Assembly: GCA_965203175.1 (NCBI GenBank)
Contig: OZ241867.1
Coordinates: 4,672,001-4,736,000 of the forward strand
Source: Candidatus Latescibacterota bacterium
GTDB taxonomy: Bacteria; Latescibacterota; UBA2968; UBA8231
Length of the DNA stretch: 64,000 nt
Direction of reading: 5' to 3'
The notes beneath the pieces were generated by a model, which did not search any database, was not told the origin of the DNA, and saw only the letters and a list, made by a program, of their open reading frames with translations. Position numbers and translations under genes: made by a program. How positions within the stretch are numbered: position 1 is the stretch's first letter; each line of letters begins with the position of its first letter. Positions 37,069 to 45,786 of the stretch are shown piece after piece.

Positions 37069-39504
37069 CTATTTTGCCAGAGCCGCAGCCACGGCCTTCA
37101 GCGCCTCCAACCGCATCTCAAGCAATTCCCCGGGCGTGCCGCTGTGCAGGTCCACCTGTACCAAATCGGCCCGACCATCCTGCCTGTTGACCAAGCGGGC
37201 CGGACCTTCTCGGTGGAGTTGTGCCAGACTTGCATCGCCGGTCTTTGTCGCGACAGTGCCCAGATGACGCCACAATTCGACATCTTCGATGCCTTCTCGC
37301 CAAGCCTCCCGCCGCTTGCTGGTGATCGGCCCGTGCTCAGTGGCATAGACCATGCCGTAGCTGGGATAGCGGCCCGCGTAGTCGTTGAACTGTCCGCCGT
37401 CGTCTCCCCAGACCCACATGCCAGCACCGTCCAACCCCAACTCGACGGTGGCCATGTGGTGCAGGCGATAGTACCGGTGGGGATCGCTGGCTTTGGAACT
37501 TCCCACGACGTACTGGGAACCGGCGTGTTCTTCCGCCAGCACGTGGGCGAGGATTTCGGGGTGTTGGCGGTAGTACTTTAGCGGACAGCAGTGGATGTCA
37601 ATGGCATCGGGATACTTTTCCAGCATCTCCAGCGAAATTTGATGATCCTCCCAAATGAGGATCGTCGGATCGACCTCCTTGGCGAATTTCGACGACGGAA
37701 TAATGTACTTCACAAATCCGTCGTCTCCAGGCTCATCGACCCAGTAAAAGGCCCATTTATCCGTCGGATAGCCCCTCGCCTGCATGTGGTCGCGGATTTG
37801 CCGTACCCACTCCTTGAACAGGGCTTCGTGTTCGGGGGTGCCGACCTTTGGCACATGAGTCGCGCGGTGATAATTGAGGTCCATGAAGCCGAATTCAAAA
37901 CCGGTCCACAGCAGCCACTGTCTCACATAGGGCCGGTACGCGAGCATCTCGTCGAGTTTGGCGAAATCAACCTCAATCGGTCGGACAAACTCACCAGTCG
38001 CCTTATCGACCTTGGGCCAAGGGATGTACGCGTGGTGCAGCACGTGGGCATTGGCATAGCAGCGCTCGAGTTCCGCAGCGGCCTGCTGCTCGTACCCCTG
38101 GGATGGCGTCCAAGTGAAGTAGCCCCACGACTGGGCGATATACGTCGGATCGACCGGCATTTCCACCGGGAACACCGCAGCACTGAGCGGAATCTCAAAG
38201 TGCGCATCGCCGACGGTGACCGCGACCTTTCCCTCGTACTGTTGCGGCTCGACGCCCCGCGAGTGGAGCACCAGCCACACTTGGCGCGTCATGCCCGGTG
38301 GCAAGGTCGCGCCGCCGTCTTCGAGGGGAGGCAAAGCGTCGTCGAAAAACAAGAATCCACTGCCCACGACGTGGGTTGCAATATGTCGCGTGATCTGCGC
38401 ATCCGGCCAGACATCCTCTCCCTCAACTCCCCTCAATGCGCCCACTTCGACTTGAATATTCAACGGCTCGGCGGTATTGTTCGACACGTTGAAGGCGACC
38501 GGTTCGTACTCGCCGATCATCATGTCCGCGTGCAAGTTGGGCGCAACCTCGCTTACCGGTCGTGCAAATGGGTTGGTCCGGTGCGACCACATCGAGTCAG
38601 TCGGCTGCCAGATGATCGCGGCTCGGTCGTCGCGGCGGCTGAAATAGGTGCCCATTGCCGCGCAAATTCTGCGGCCGACCTCGGTGTGAGGCAGCCCCTC
38701 GGAGTAATCCACTTCTTCGCCACCGCTGCCGGTGAAAACGACGCTCTCCAAGGTTTCGAGTTGGCGCAAAACAGCGGCCGCGTCTGCTCCCTGCATGGAC
38801 ATCACCTGATTGCGGGCGGTTTGGACAAAGTAGAGGTCGATATTCTTCTGCACGGCACCCTCGGCGCGTTTTAAAGCGTCGCTTTCGATCGCGCTTTGGT
38901 CGATTCCGGCCTCTGCGAAAGAAACAGCCGCCGGATCGCCGTGCCCCCGCATCACCTCGATTTCGTCCACGAATCCGTAAAAGCCCCCCTTGGCGACGTA
39001 TATTCCCAAATGGCGTCCCCGAGTTTTCAGGCCTTGGGCAACAAAGCGATGGCGCACGTACTGGTCCTGGGGAATCGCCTCATTGATCAGATCGGCCACA
39101 TAGTGCCAAGTCTGCCCGTCGTCGGACACATAGGCGAAGAGCGCTGTGGGAAAAGTGACTTGGGACGCGCCGGAAGTAGTGTCAAAACCAAGAGCATCGA
39201 TAGAGTACACATCCCCGAGATCAACAGAGATGAGGACGCCGGGCTTGCGGCCGAATTGCCAGCCGACCGTTCCCTTGTCGGTCCAGAAGCCAGTGTCGCC
39301 GGGCTGCCAGAACTCGCCATCGAACAGATCGGTCTCATCGCCCCCAGCACACAAGCTGTAGTTGGGCTCCAAAGAAAAAGTCGCGCTCTTGCCCAAGGCT
39401 AGGTTCGTTCCCGCCAGCGGCTCTATTACTGTATCAGCGCTGGGGTCTGTCGCCGTGGCCATACCCAAGGCGACGATGAAGCATGCTTTCTGCCAGCTAT
39501 TCAT
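37069..39504 (-). CDS. Exported discoidin (F5/8C-like) plus DUF4091/GH123-like protein
   Basis: Signal peptide; NLALGK...LFDG...VDLG...DEIEV; VDEP; SKRREAWREGIED. Confidence 0.65.
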   Translation of the reverse strand: MNSWQKACFIVALGMATATDPSADTVIEPLAGTNLALGKSATFSLEPNYSLCAGGDETDLFDGEFWQPGDTGFWTDKGTVGWQFGRKPGVLISVDLGDVYSIDALGFDTTSGASQVTFPTALFAYVSDDGQTWHYVADLINEAIPQDQYVRHRFVAQGLKTRGRHLGIYVAKGGFYGFVDEIEVMRGHGDPAAVSFAEAGIDQSAIESDALKRAEGAVQKNIDLYFVQTARNQVMSMQGADAAAVLRQLETLESVVFTGSGGEEVDYSEGLPHTEVGRRICAAMGTYFSRRDDRAAIIWQPTDSMWSHRTNPFARPVSEVAPNLHADMMIGEYEPVAFNVSNNTAEPLNIQVEVGALRGVEGEDVWPDAQITRHIATHVVGSGFLFFDDALPPLEDGGATLPPGMTRQVWLVLHSRGVEPQQYEGKVAVTVGDAHFEIPLSAAVFPVEMPVDPTYIAQSWGYFTWTPSQGYEQQAAAELERCYANAHVLHHAYIPWPKVDKATGEFVRPIEVDFAKLDEMLAYRPYVRQWLLWTGFEFGFMDLNYHRATHVPKVGTPEHEALFKEWVRQIRDHMQARGYPTDKWAFYWVDEPGDDGFVKYIIPSSKFAKEVDPTILIWEDHQISLEMLEKYPDAIDIHCCPLKYYRQHPEILAHVLAEEHAGSQYVVGSSKASDPHRYYRLHHMATVELGLDGAGMWVWGDDGGQFNDYAGRYPSYGMVYATEHGPITSKRREAWREGIEDVELWRHLGTVATKTGDASLAQLHREGPARLVNRQDGRADLVQVDLHSGTPGELLEMRLEALKAVAAALAK

Positions 39505-39542
39505 CCGATTCCTCCCTCTCGCACGGGGCGAGGGTCAATGGC

Positions 39543-41195
39543 TCATTGAGCGCCGTGTTGCTGAACGTAATCCTGCGCCTCTTTGAGCGCGGGCAAATCG
39601 GCATCGGCATTGCGCCAGATGTCGAGAAGTTCGCGATAAAAATGCACGGCTTCTCCCGTCCTGCCCAATGTCGCTTCAGCCCGCGCCAAACCGAGCACAT
39701 ATAACGGGTCCTGTGGCCGCATTTCCAAAAGCTGGGCAAACAACGAGCGGGCCTTTGGGGCATGACCCTGTTCCAGGAGCAGTTCCGCGTACAGCTCACT
39801 GCCCAAAATGTCGGGCGGGACTTTTTCCCGTCGCTCCCCTTCCATGGCCTGTCGAGCCGACTCCAGCGCGGCAGCGGCATCTCCGCGCGCCCGAGCGTGG
39901 ACAGCGTCTAGATAGTGGGCCACGGCCTGCAGGTAATTTTTGAATCTCCCCAAGACCGGCATATATGAGTAAGCACGCACGCGTCCAACGGCGAGGCGAA
40001 ACAGCGAGTCCTGCCCCGCCACCGCGGCGCGATAGCCAATAAAGCGCGCGCCTTGGCCCGGCGGCATGGCGGCCACATCGACTTCCTCCGTGATCGGAAG
40101 CCTCACATCGGTGCGACCCATGGCCAGTGCGGCCCGTTGGTAGCGGCTTCTGAACATGATCGCATTGTAGGGAATGAGATCCAGTTTCTCGCCTCGCCGC
40201 TGGGCTTCGCCCGCAACGGCGTCGAGTTCATCAAGCACGCCCTGAGCGTCCTGCAAACGGCCGAGCTTGAGATAGGCGTCCAACAGCCAGTCGAGCGAGT
40301 GGAAGTCGCGCTTGTACAGGGGCCGCCCCGTCCGCTCCTGCCACTGCACGGTCGCCGCGTAGGAATCCTCGTTTGAAGCAGCCATCTCCTGCCACATGCC
40401 GAGCCAGCGAAAAGTGTGACTCGGCATGTGCAGCGCGTGCGATGAGGCCGGTGCCAGGCGAGCATAGAACCGGGCCAAGTCCAAGCCCCTATGGGCAAAG
40501 GTGCGCGAATCGTACACGTGGATGAGATAGTGCACCACGCCGGGATGCTCGGGACGGCGCTGGTACACTTCCTCCAAAATGGCGGCGAGCGGCTCCACAA
40601 ACGCGGAATCGTCCCAAGTAAATCCCCTTTGGACCCGGGCGGCGCTCATGCGGGCCAATGCCGCGAAGATGATCGCTTCGTCGTCGTCTGGGTAGCGCGC
40701 AGCGAGTTGCTCCATGGCCGCAGCAAAAGCCCGGCGACCCTTTGGACTACCCCGCTCGCGATAGAGCGGCCGCAGCGCATCGACGAATCCCTGCTCGCGC
40801 GCCGTCCATTGCAGCTTTTCCTGCGCTTGCAGTTCATCCAACTGGTCGAGAATCGCTTGGCCGGCCTTTGAATCCTGCACGCCTCGGGTTCCCTGCAGAG
40901 GCGCGTCATGCGTCATGGCCTCACCCCAATAGGCCATGGCAAAACCGGGGTCCAGTTCCCGCGCCTTGCGAAAGTGGTCCCGCGCCTCCTCGTACCAGAA
41001 GCTGTGCAGCGCCAGCACCCCCAAGTCGAACTCCTCTTGAGCCGCAGGCGCACCAGAAGTGGGAAAGTCGATGCGACCGAGAAGCAGAGGTTGGTCTGGC
41101 GGCGATTCTTGGGCTTGGTCCGGCGAGTGTTCTGCAGGGCCACACGCCCAATACATGGCTGCCACTACCGATAAAACAAGAGTTGATATTCGCAT
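39543..41195 (-). CDS. TPR-repeat lipoprotein
   Basis: Start MRISTLV with SD ggagg; lipobox YWAC; LHSFWYEEA...DPGFAMAYWGEAM, HPGVVHYLIH, HALHMPSH. Confidence 0.8.
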   Translation of the reverse strand: MRISTLVLSVVAAMYWACGPAEHSPDQAQESPPDQPLLLGRIDFPTSGAPAAQEEFDLGVLALHSFWYEEARDHFRKARELDPGFAMAYWGEAMTHDAPLQGTRGVQDSKAGQAILDQLDELQAQEKLQWTAREQGFVDALRPLYRERGSPKGRRAFAAAMEQLAARYPDDDEAIIFAALARMSAARVQRGFTWDDSAFVEPLAAILEEVYQRRPEHPGVVHYLIHVYDSRTFAHRGLDLARFYARLAPASSHALHMPSHTFRWLGMWQEMAASNEDSYAATVQWQERTGRPLYKRDFHSLDWLLDAYLKLGRLQDAQGVLDELDAVAGEAQRRGEKLDLIPYNAIMFRSRYQRAALAMGRTDVRLPITEEVDVAAMPPGQGARFIGYRAAVAGQDSLFRLAVGRVRAYSYMPVLGRFKNYLQAVAHYLDAVHARARGDAAAALESARQAMEGERREKVPPDILGSELYAELLLEQGHAPKARSLFAQLLEMRPQDPLYVLGLARAEATLGRTGEAVHFYRELLDIWRNADADLPALKEAQDYVQQHGAQ

Positions 41196-41302
41196 CACGT
41201 TCAATTCCTCCAATGCTGGAGAGCAACATAGCGGCCAGAAAAAGATGACACAACACCCTTTCAACACTATCTTCCGATATACAATTTGCGGGATGAACGT
41301 CT

Positions 41303-43183
41303 ATGAAAGTAGCGCGCTTCCTTTCCTTATCCTGGATTTTTTCTTTGGCGCTCGGTTTTTGGGCCGGCCCAGCCTCGGGTCTGACCATTTACCGGTTCGG
41401 CGGCGAAGATCGGCCCAAACCCCCTGAGGAAGGCCAGGCCGGGGTGGACTTCAGACAATTGAGCTGGATGAATTTCGATGCCGAACCTCATGGGGAAACC
41501 ATTGACTTGGCCGTAGATAGTACCGGCATCCAGCCCCTCAAGCGCAATCCAGACTTCAACATAGCCCCCGGAATCGAAGAGAAAGGAGGGGCACATTTAA
41601 GGGCCAATATAAATAGAGAAGTGTGGGATGGTGATACGGGTACTTTCTGGCTGGCGGAAAAGTATCTGTGCGCCGATCACAGTATCAGATCCGGGGCCTG
41701 CACCGATGATTTCAGTCGGGCGGGCACGGCCAATATCTACCTAGGCGGTCTCTACAACATCGACCGGATTCGGGTGATATCCGGATTTACCGACCCGGGC
41801 CGAACCGTGGGCATCCTCCGCGTCCACCTCGGCCCGCGCCCCATAGTCAACTACGGCATCGTCCCGCCGAAATCGCCCTATATTGTCGAAGTGAGAGACA
41901 ACCGGGAGCAAATCCTCGACATTCCCATCCCATCGCACGAGGCAGTAGAGTTTGTCCAGGTGGCCTTGGCCGAGCACAACACGGACTGGGAAGTGAACGA
42001 GATCGAAGTCTACGCCAAGGGGTTCGTCAAACAGGCCACTTATATTTCCGATGTCATCGATTTCGAGCGGCCTATGGCTTGGGGAGACCTGCGCTGGTCC
42101 GGGGTTCAGGAGGCCGGAGCCCAAGTTCTCATCCGGACCCGCAGCGGCCTAGACGACGATGCGGACGTATTCTGGCGCTTCACCGGTCGCGGCAGCAAAG
42201 CCGAGGTGAGTCGCGCTAGCTATAGCGACCTCAAACTCAATGAACGGGCCGGCATCACCCACGACCTCGACCACTGGACCTTTTGGTCGGCCCCCTATGA
42301 CTTTGCCGACAGCAGCGGCACGCCGGTCGTGTCGACAAGCCCCAGACGCTACCTCCAGTTCAAGATCGACTTCCTGCCCCGTGAAAACGCCGGCGGCCGG
42401 GTGGGTTTCGTGGAGTTGCGCGCCTCCGAGCCGGTGGCGACTAACCTAGTGGGCGAGGTCTGGCCGGTCGAAGCAAAAGTAGGGCAGCAATCGTCCTTCA
42501 CCTATGCGTTGCGGCCGACGATTCACTCAGGCGATGTCGGCTTTGACCGGCTGGAAATCGAGACTTCCTCAATTATCAGCGCGGTGGAGGCGGTGCGCAT
42601 CGGCGACGCGCCCGTGGCCTTTACAGTAGAAGCCGAGGAGCCGCATCGGCTGGCGGTCAGTTTCCCGCGCCTCCAGGAGCAGGACTCGGGGACGCTGGTC
42701 GAGGTCGACTTCGCAGCACAGGTGCTGCGCTACGGAGCAATCTTTGCGGCGCAGGTGTCGGACAGCGACCAGCCTTTAGAGGTGCCGCAGGGGGTCAATC
42801 CGGGAGACGCTACGACGAAATACGAGGGCAACCGGGTGTCGGTGGCCACCGCCGCGCAGGAGCAGAGGCTGTTGCAGGTGCGAGTCGAGCCGACCATTTT
42901 TACGCCCAATGGCGATGGCCGCAACGACGAGATAGGCATCTTCTATCACATCTTGGAGATTACGGGCAGTGCGCAGGTAGCAGTGGAGGTGTGGGACTTG
43001 TCGGGTCGCCGGGTGCGGCGGGTGTATTCGGGCGCGGATGGAATCGGCGAGTACGAGCGGGCGTGGGATGGTCGGGACGAGGCCGGCGGTTTGGTGCCGC
43101 CAGGGATTTACCTGTATCGAGTTTCGGTCGATGCCGATCGGGAAAAGGTCGAAAAAACTGGCGTCTTGTATGCCGCGTACTGA
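41303..43183 (+). CDS. Exported discoidin-like + FlgD-Ig C-terminal domain protein (subtype I)
   Basis: Signal peptide; IYRFGGE; IRTRSG...WTFWSAPY...SPRRYLQF; FTPNGDGRND...WDGRD...PPGIY...AAY*. Confidence 0.8.
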   Translation: MKVARFLSLSWIFSLALGFWAGPASGLTIYRFGGEDRPKPPEEGQAGVDFRQLSWMNFDAEPHGETIDLAVDSTGIQPLKRNPDFNIAPGIEEKGGAHLRANINREVWDGDTGTFWLAEKYLCADHSIRSGACTDDFSRAGTANIYLGGLYNIDRIRVISGFTDPGRTVGILRVHLGPRPIVNYGIVPPKSPYIVEVRDNREQILDIPIPSHEAVEFVQVALAEHNTDWEVNEIEVYAKGFVKQATYISDVIDFERPMAWGDLRWSGVQEAGAQVLIRTRSGLDDDADVFWRFTGRGSKAEVSRASYSDLKLNERAGITHDLDHWTFWSAPYDFADSSGTPVVSTSPRRYLQFKIDFLPRENAGGRVGFVELRASEPVATNLVGEVWPVEAKVGQQSSFTYALRPTIHSGDVGFDRLEIETSSIISAVEAVRIGDAPVAFTVEAEEPHRLAVSFPRLQEQDSGTLVEVDFAAQVLRYGAIFAAQVSDSDQPLEVPQGVNPGDATTKYEGNRVSVATAAQEQRLLQVRVEPTIFTPNGDGRNDEIGIFYHILEITGSAQVAVEVWDLSGRRVRRVYSGADGIGEYERAWDGRDEAGGLVPPGIYLYRVSVDADREKVEKTGVLYAAY

Positions 43184-43213
43184 AAGGTACCTGCGAGGAA
43201 TTGCGTTAGACTC

Positions 43214-45781
43214 TCAGTACACACTGGCCACGACGGTAGCCACCGTAGATTCACCAATACCCTCCGCGTCCACCTCTGGCCCCACCCGGCAGATATACAA
43301 GCCAGGCGGCAACAGCACTCCATCCCGATCCCGGCCATCCCAACTCACCTCCTGCACACCAGCGGCGTGCGCCACGGACTGCGCTCGACGGTGCACTAGC
43401 GATCCGTCGAGCGCATAGACCTCCAATAGCAGCGAAGCCTGTCCCGGCATCTTAAATACGGGAAAGACAAATTTCACCGCATCGTTGATGCCGTCTCCGT
43501 TCGGCGTGAATGGATTTCCCAGTACCTCCATATCGCCTACCAGTCCACCAGCCACTGGCGTCAGCACGGTCAGGCCCTCGCCCGAGGCCGTCGCGTCCAC
43601 TCGCTGCCACACCACCTCCTCTTCCTCGCCCAGTCCCACCGAGACGAGAAAGGCATTGCTCGCCAGATAGAACGCACTCGAAAAGCGCAGCACAACTTGG
43701 GACTCTGGCTCCCGGACCACCTCGGGCAGGCGCACCCACAACGAGTCAACTCCGGTTTTTACCTCCAGTTCATCCACCCAGTATATCTGGCCGCCCCCCA
43801 CCTCCTGTTCGCTCTCTAGGCTCACGGTCACATCCACCAACTCTACCTCGGCGCTCGGAGGCACTTCAAAGAGTACTTGATCGAACCCCATACCCTCCGA
43901 GCCCGCCTCGTTGGGCGGGATCGTCAGCGACAACGCGAACGCTTCGCGGAGACCGCTCTGCTGGGCGCGGCGCGGCGCGATTTCGCCCAGAATCTGATGC
44001 ACCAGCGGATCCCTCAAGCCGATATTGAGGCGGCGCAACACCGCGGATTGGTTGGGATCGTCCGAGAGCAGAGCAGCCTCAATCATTATATAGCGCCGAG
44101 GGCTAGGCGAGGTGATGGCCGCTCCAGGTTGCTCGTAAAACTGACTCCACGGACTCCAATCCGCCTCGTCGGGCACAAAAGCCACTGTCGAATCCCCCCG
44201 CATAAACGACAGCGTCTTGCGATAGTCGGCCTCGGAGATTTCAACCCCCTGTTTGTTGAAGAAATGCTTGTCTTCGGTGAGTCGGTTTCCGGTCCGGGTG
44301 CGGATCTGCAGTTGGGTGCCGGGCGGCGTTTGTGCCTCCCAGGAGATGCTAGAAAGGATGCGGGGGGCATCTCCCAACTCGATCGCCGGCGTTTGCAGCG
44401 TGACCTGCGGCAGAAAACCAAAGCCATAGAGCAAAAGCTCCTTTACACCAGAACGGATCAACCCGGTAGTGACGACGCGATAGTCGAACCTAAAAAAGCG
44501 TCCCTTGATAGGAGAGAAGATATTGGCCTGCATGAAGGTGTTCGTTGGCAGCGACCCGGCGGGCGCAAGAGCCTCGCGGCCAAGCGTGACATCGTCTCTG
44601 CCGCGCGCAACCACGGAGGTAAAGATCTGGCTGCCATCGGGCGCCAGACTGCCATCCGAAAGATTGAGCACATAATTGGGGAATGTGGCACTACCATAGA
44701 CAATAAAGGCGCGGTCAACCCAGTACCAGGTGCCCAAGTCCAATAAGAGGTCCCGATCCCGGTTCTTGATCAACACAGTGAAATCGTCATCTCGACTACC
44801 TATGCCCTTGGTGGAAAATCCCGCTTCTGCACTCCAGACGGTGGTATAATCGCCGTCGACTGCATTGGAATGTCCGCCCGCTTCCCCAAATCCCTTGATC
44901 GACCCGCCGCGCTCCTTCCAGCCCAGACTAATATTCTCCCCCACCGTCCATACCTCCACCTCCACCAACCGAGGACGCTCCGAACGATAATAGCGAATCG
45001 GGCCCTTAAAACGATCCTCCCGTATCGCTTCATACTCCGCCTGAGATACCTCCCGCTCTACCCCCGTCGACTCCCGACGAAAATACAACGCATCCCCCCG
45101 ATCCACCTCCGCCAATCCCTCCCAACCAGAAGCGCTCACCTCCGCCCCACGACGCCCATCGCTGGCCGTGGCCACTATCTGAACATACTGGACTAAATCA
45201 CCACTCAAACCCGAATCCGCCGACTTGGCTGGACGCAAAGCATATTCGAATACCCGCTGCGTCTTGTTCAACCCCTCGCTGCGACCAGCCACCCGGTAGT
45301 TCAGACTCTGACTGCCCTGAAAGGCCTCATCGCCATTGGAGGTGAGCACCTTGAACTGCAAAAAAGGATCGCCTACCCCTTCGGCGACGAATTTCACCAC
45401 CACTTTCTCAGCCCACACCACCCGACCTAGATCCACCTCGACCCACCAGTCGCGCAGCGGCGCGTCCAGCGCTGGCTCCCAGTAGGTTTCCTCCAGACCG
45501 TCCATGAGCTGCGCGGCCCCGGCGAAATTGGTTCCCGCCCGTCGGATGCCCCCGGTCACGTCCTCGCGGCTGAAGGCCCCCGCGTTCAGCGCGGCATTGA
45601 TCTGCCGCTGCACAAAATGGGGGCGAACCCCTTCGGCGCTAAAATCCACACTGCCGGCGGGGAAATTCCACTCCGACCAGTCGCTCTCGCTGATGATTAA
45701 CTGGTTCGGCTCAAGGCGATAGCCCTGGGCCCAGACCGGGGCGCTGAGTAGCAGGGTATAGTGAATGAGGCGCAGGTTCAT
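43214..45781 (-). CDS. Exported double-discoidin-like + FlgD-Ig protein (subtype II)
   Basis: Signal peptide from MNLRLIH; two DG...DLG domains; IRTRTG...WSPWS...SPSPRRY; NPFTPNGDGIND...SVY*. Close paralog of 50533..53058. Confidence 0.82.
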   Translation of the reverse strand: MNLRLIHYTLLLSAPVWAQGYRLEPNQLIISESDWSEWNFPAGSVDFSAEGVRPHFVQRQINAALNAGAFSREDVTGGIRRAGTNFAGAAQLMDGLEETYWEPALDAPLRDWWVEVDLGRVVWAEKVVVKFVAEGVGDPFLQFKVLTSNGDEAFQGSQSLNYRVAGRSEGLNKTQRVFEYALRPAKSADSGLSGDLVQYVQIVATASDGRRGAEVSASGWEGLAEVDRGDALYFRRESTGVEREVSQAEYEAIREDRFKGPIRYYRSERPRLVEVEVWTVGENISLGWKERGGSIKGFGEAGGHSNAVDGDYTTVWSAEAGFSTKGIGSRDDDFTVLIKNRDRDLLLDLGTWYWVDRAFIVYGSATFPNYVLNLSDGSLAPDGSQIFTSVVARGRDDVTLGREALAPAGSLPTNTFMQANIFSPIKGRFFRFDYRVVTTGLIRSGVKELLLYGFGFLPQVTLQTPAIELGDAPRILSSISWEAQTPPGTQLQIRTRTGNRLTEDKHFFNKQGVEISEADYRKTLSFMRGDSTVAFVPDEADWSPWSQFYEQPGAAITSPSPRRYIMIEAALLSDDPNQSAVLRRLNIGLRDPLVHQILGEIAPRRAQQSGLREAFALSLTIPPNEAGSEGMGFDQVLFEVPPSAEVELVDVTVSLESEQEVGGGQIYWVDELEVKTGVDSLWVRLPEVVREPESQVVLRFSSAFYLASNAFLVSVGLGEEEEVVWQRVDATASGEGLTVLTPVAGGLVGDMEVLGNPFTPNGDGINDAVKFVFPVFKMPGQASLLLEVYALDGSLVHRRAQSVAHAAGVQEVSWDGRDRDGVLLPPGLYICRVGPEVDAEGIGESTVATVVASVY

Positions 45782-45786
45782 CGCAC

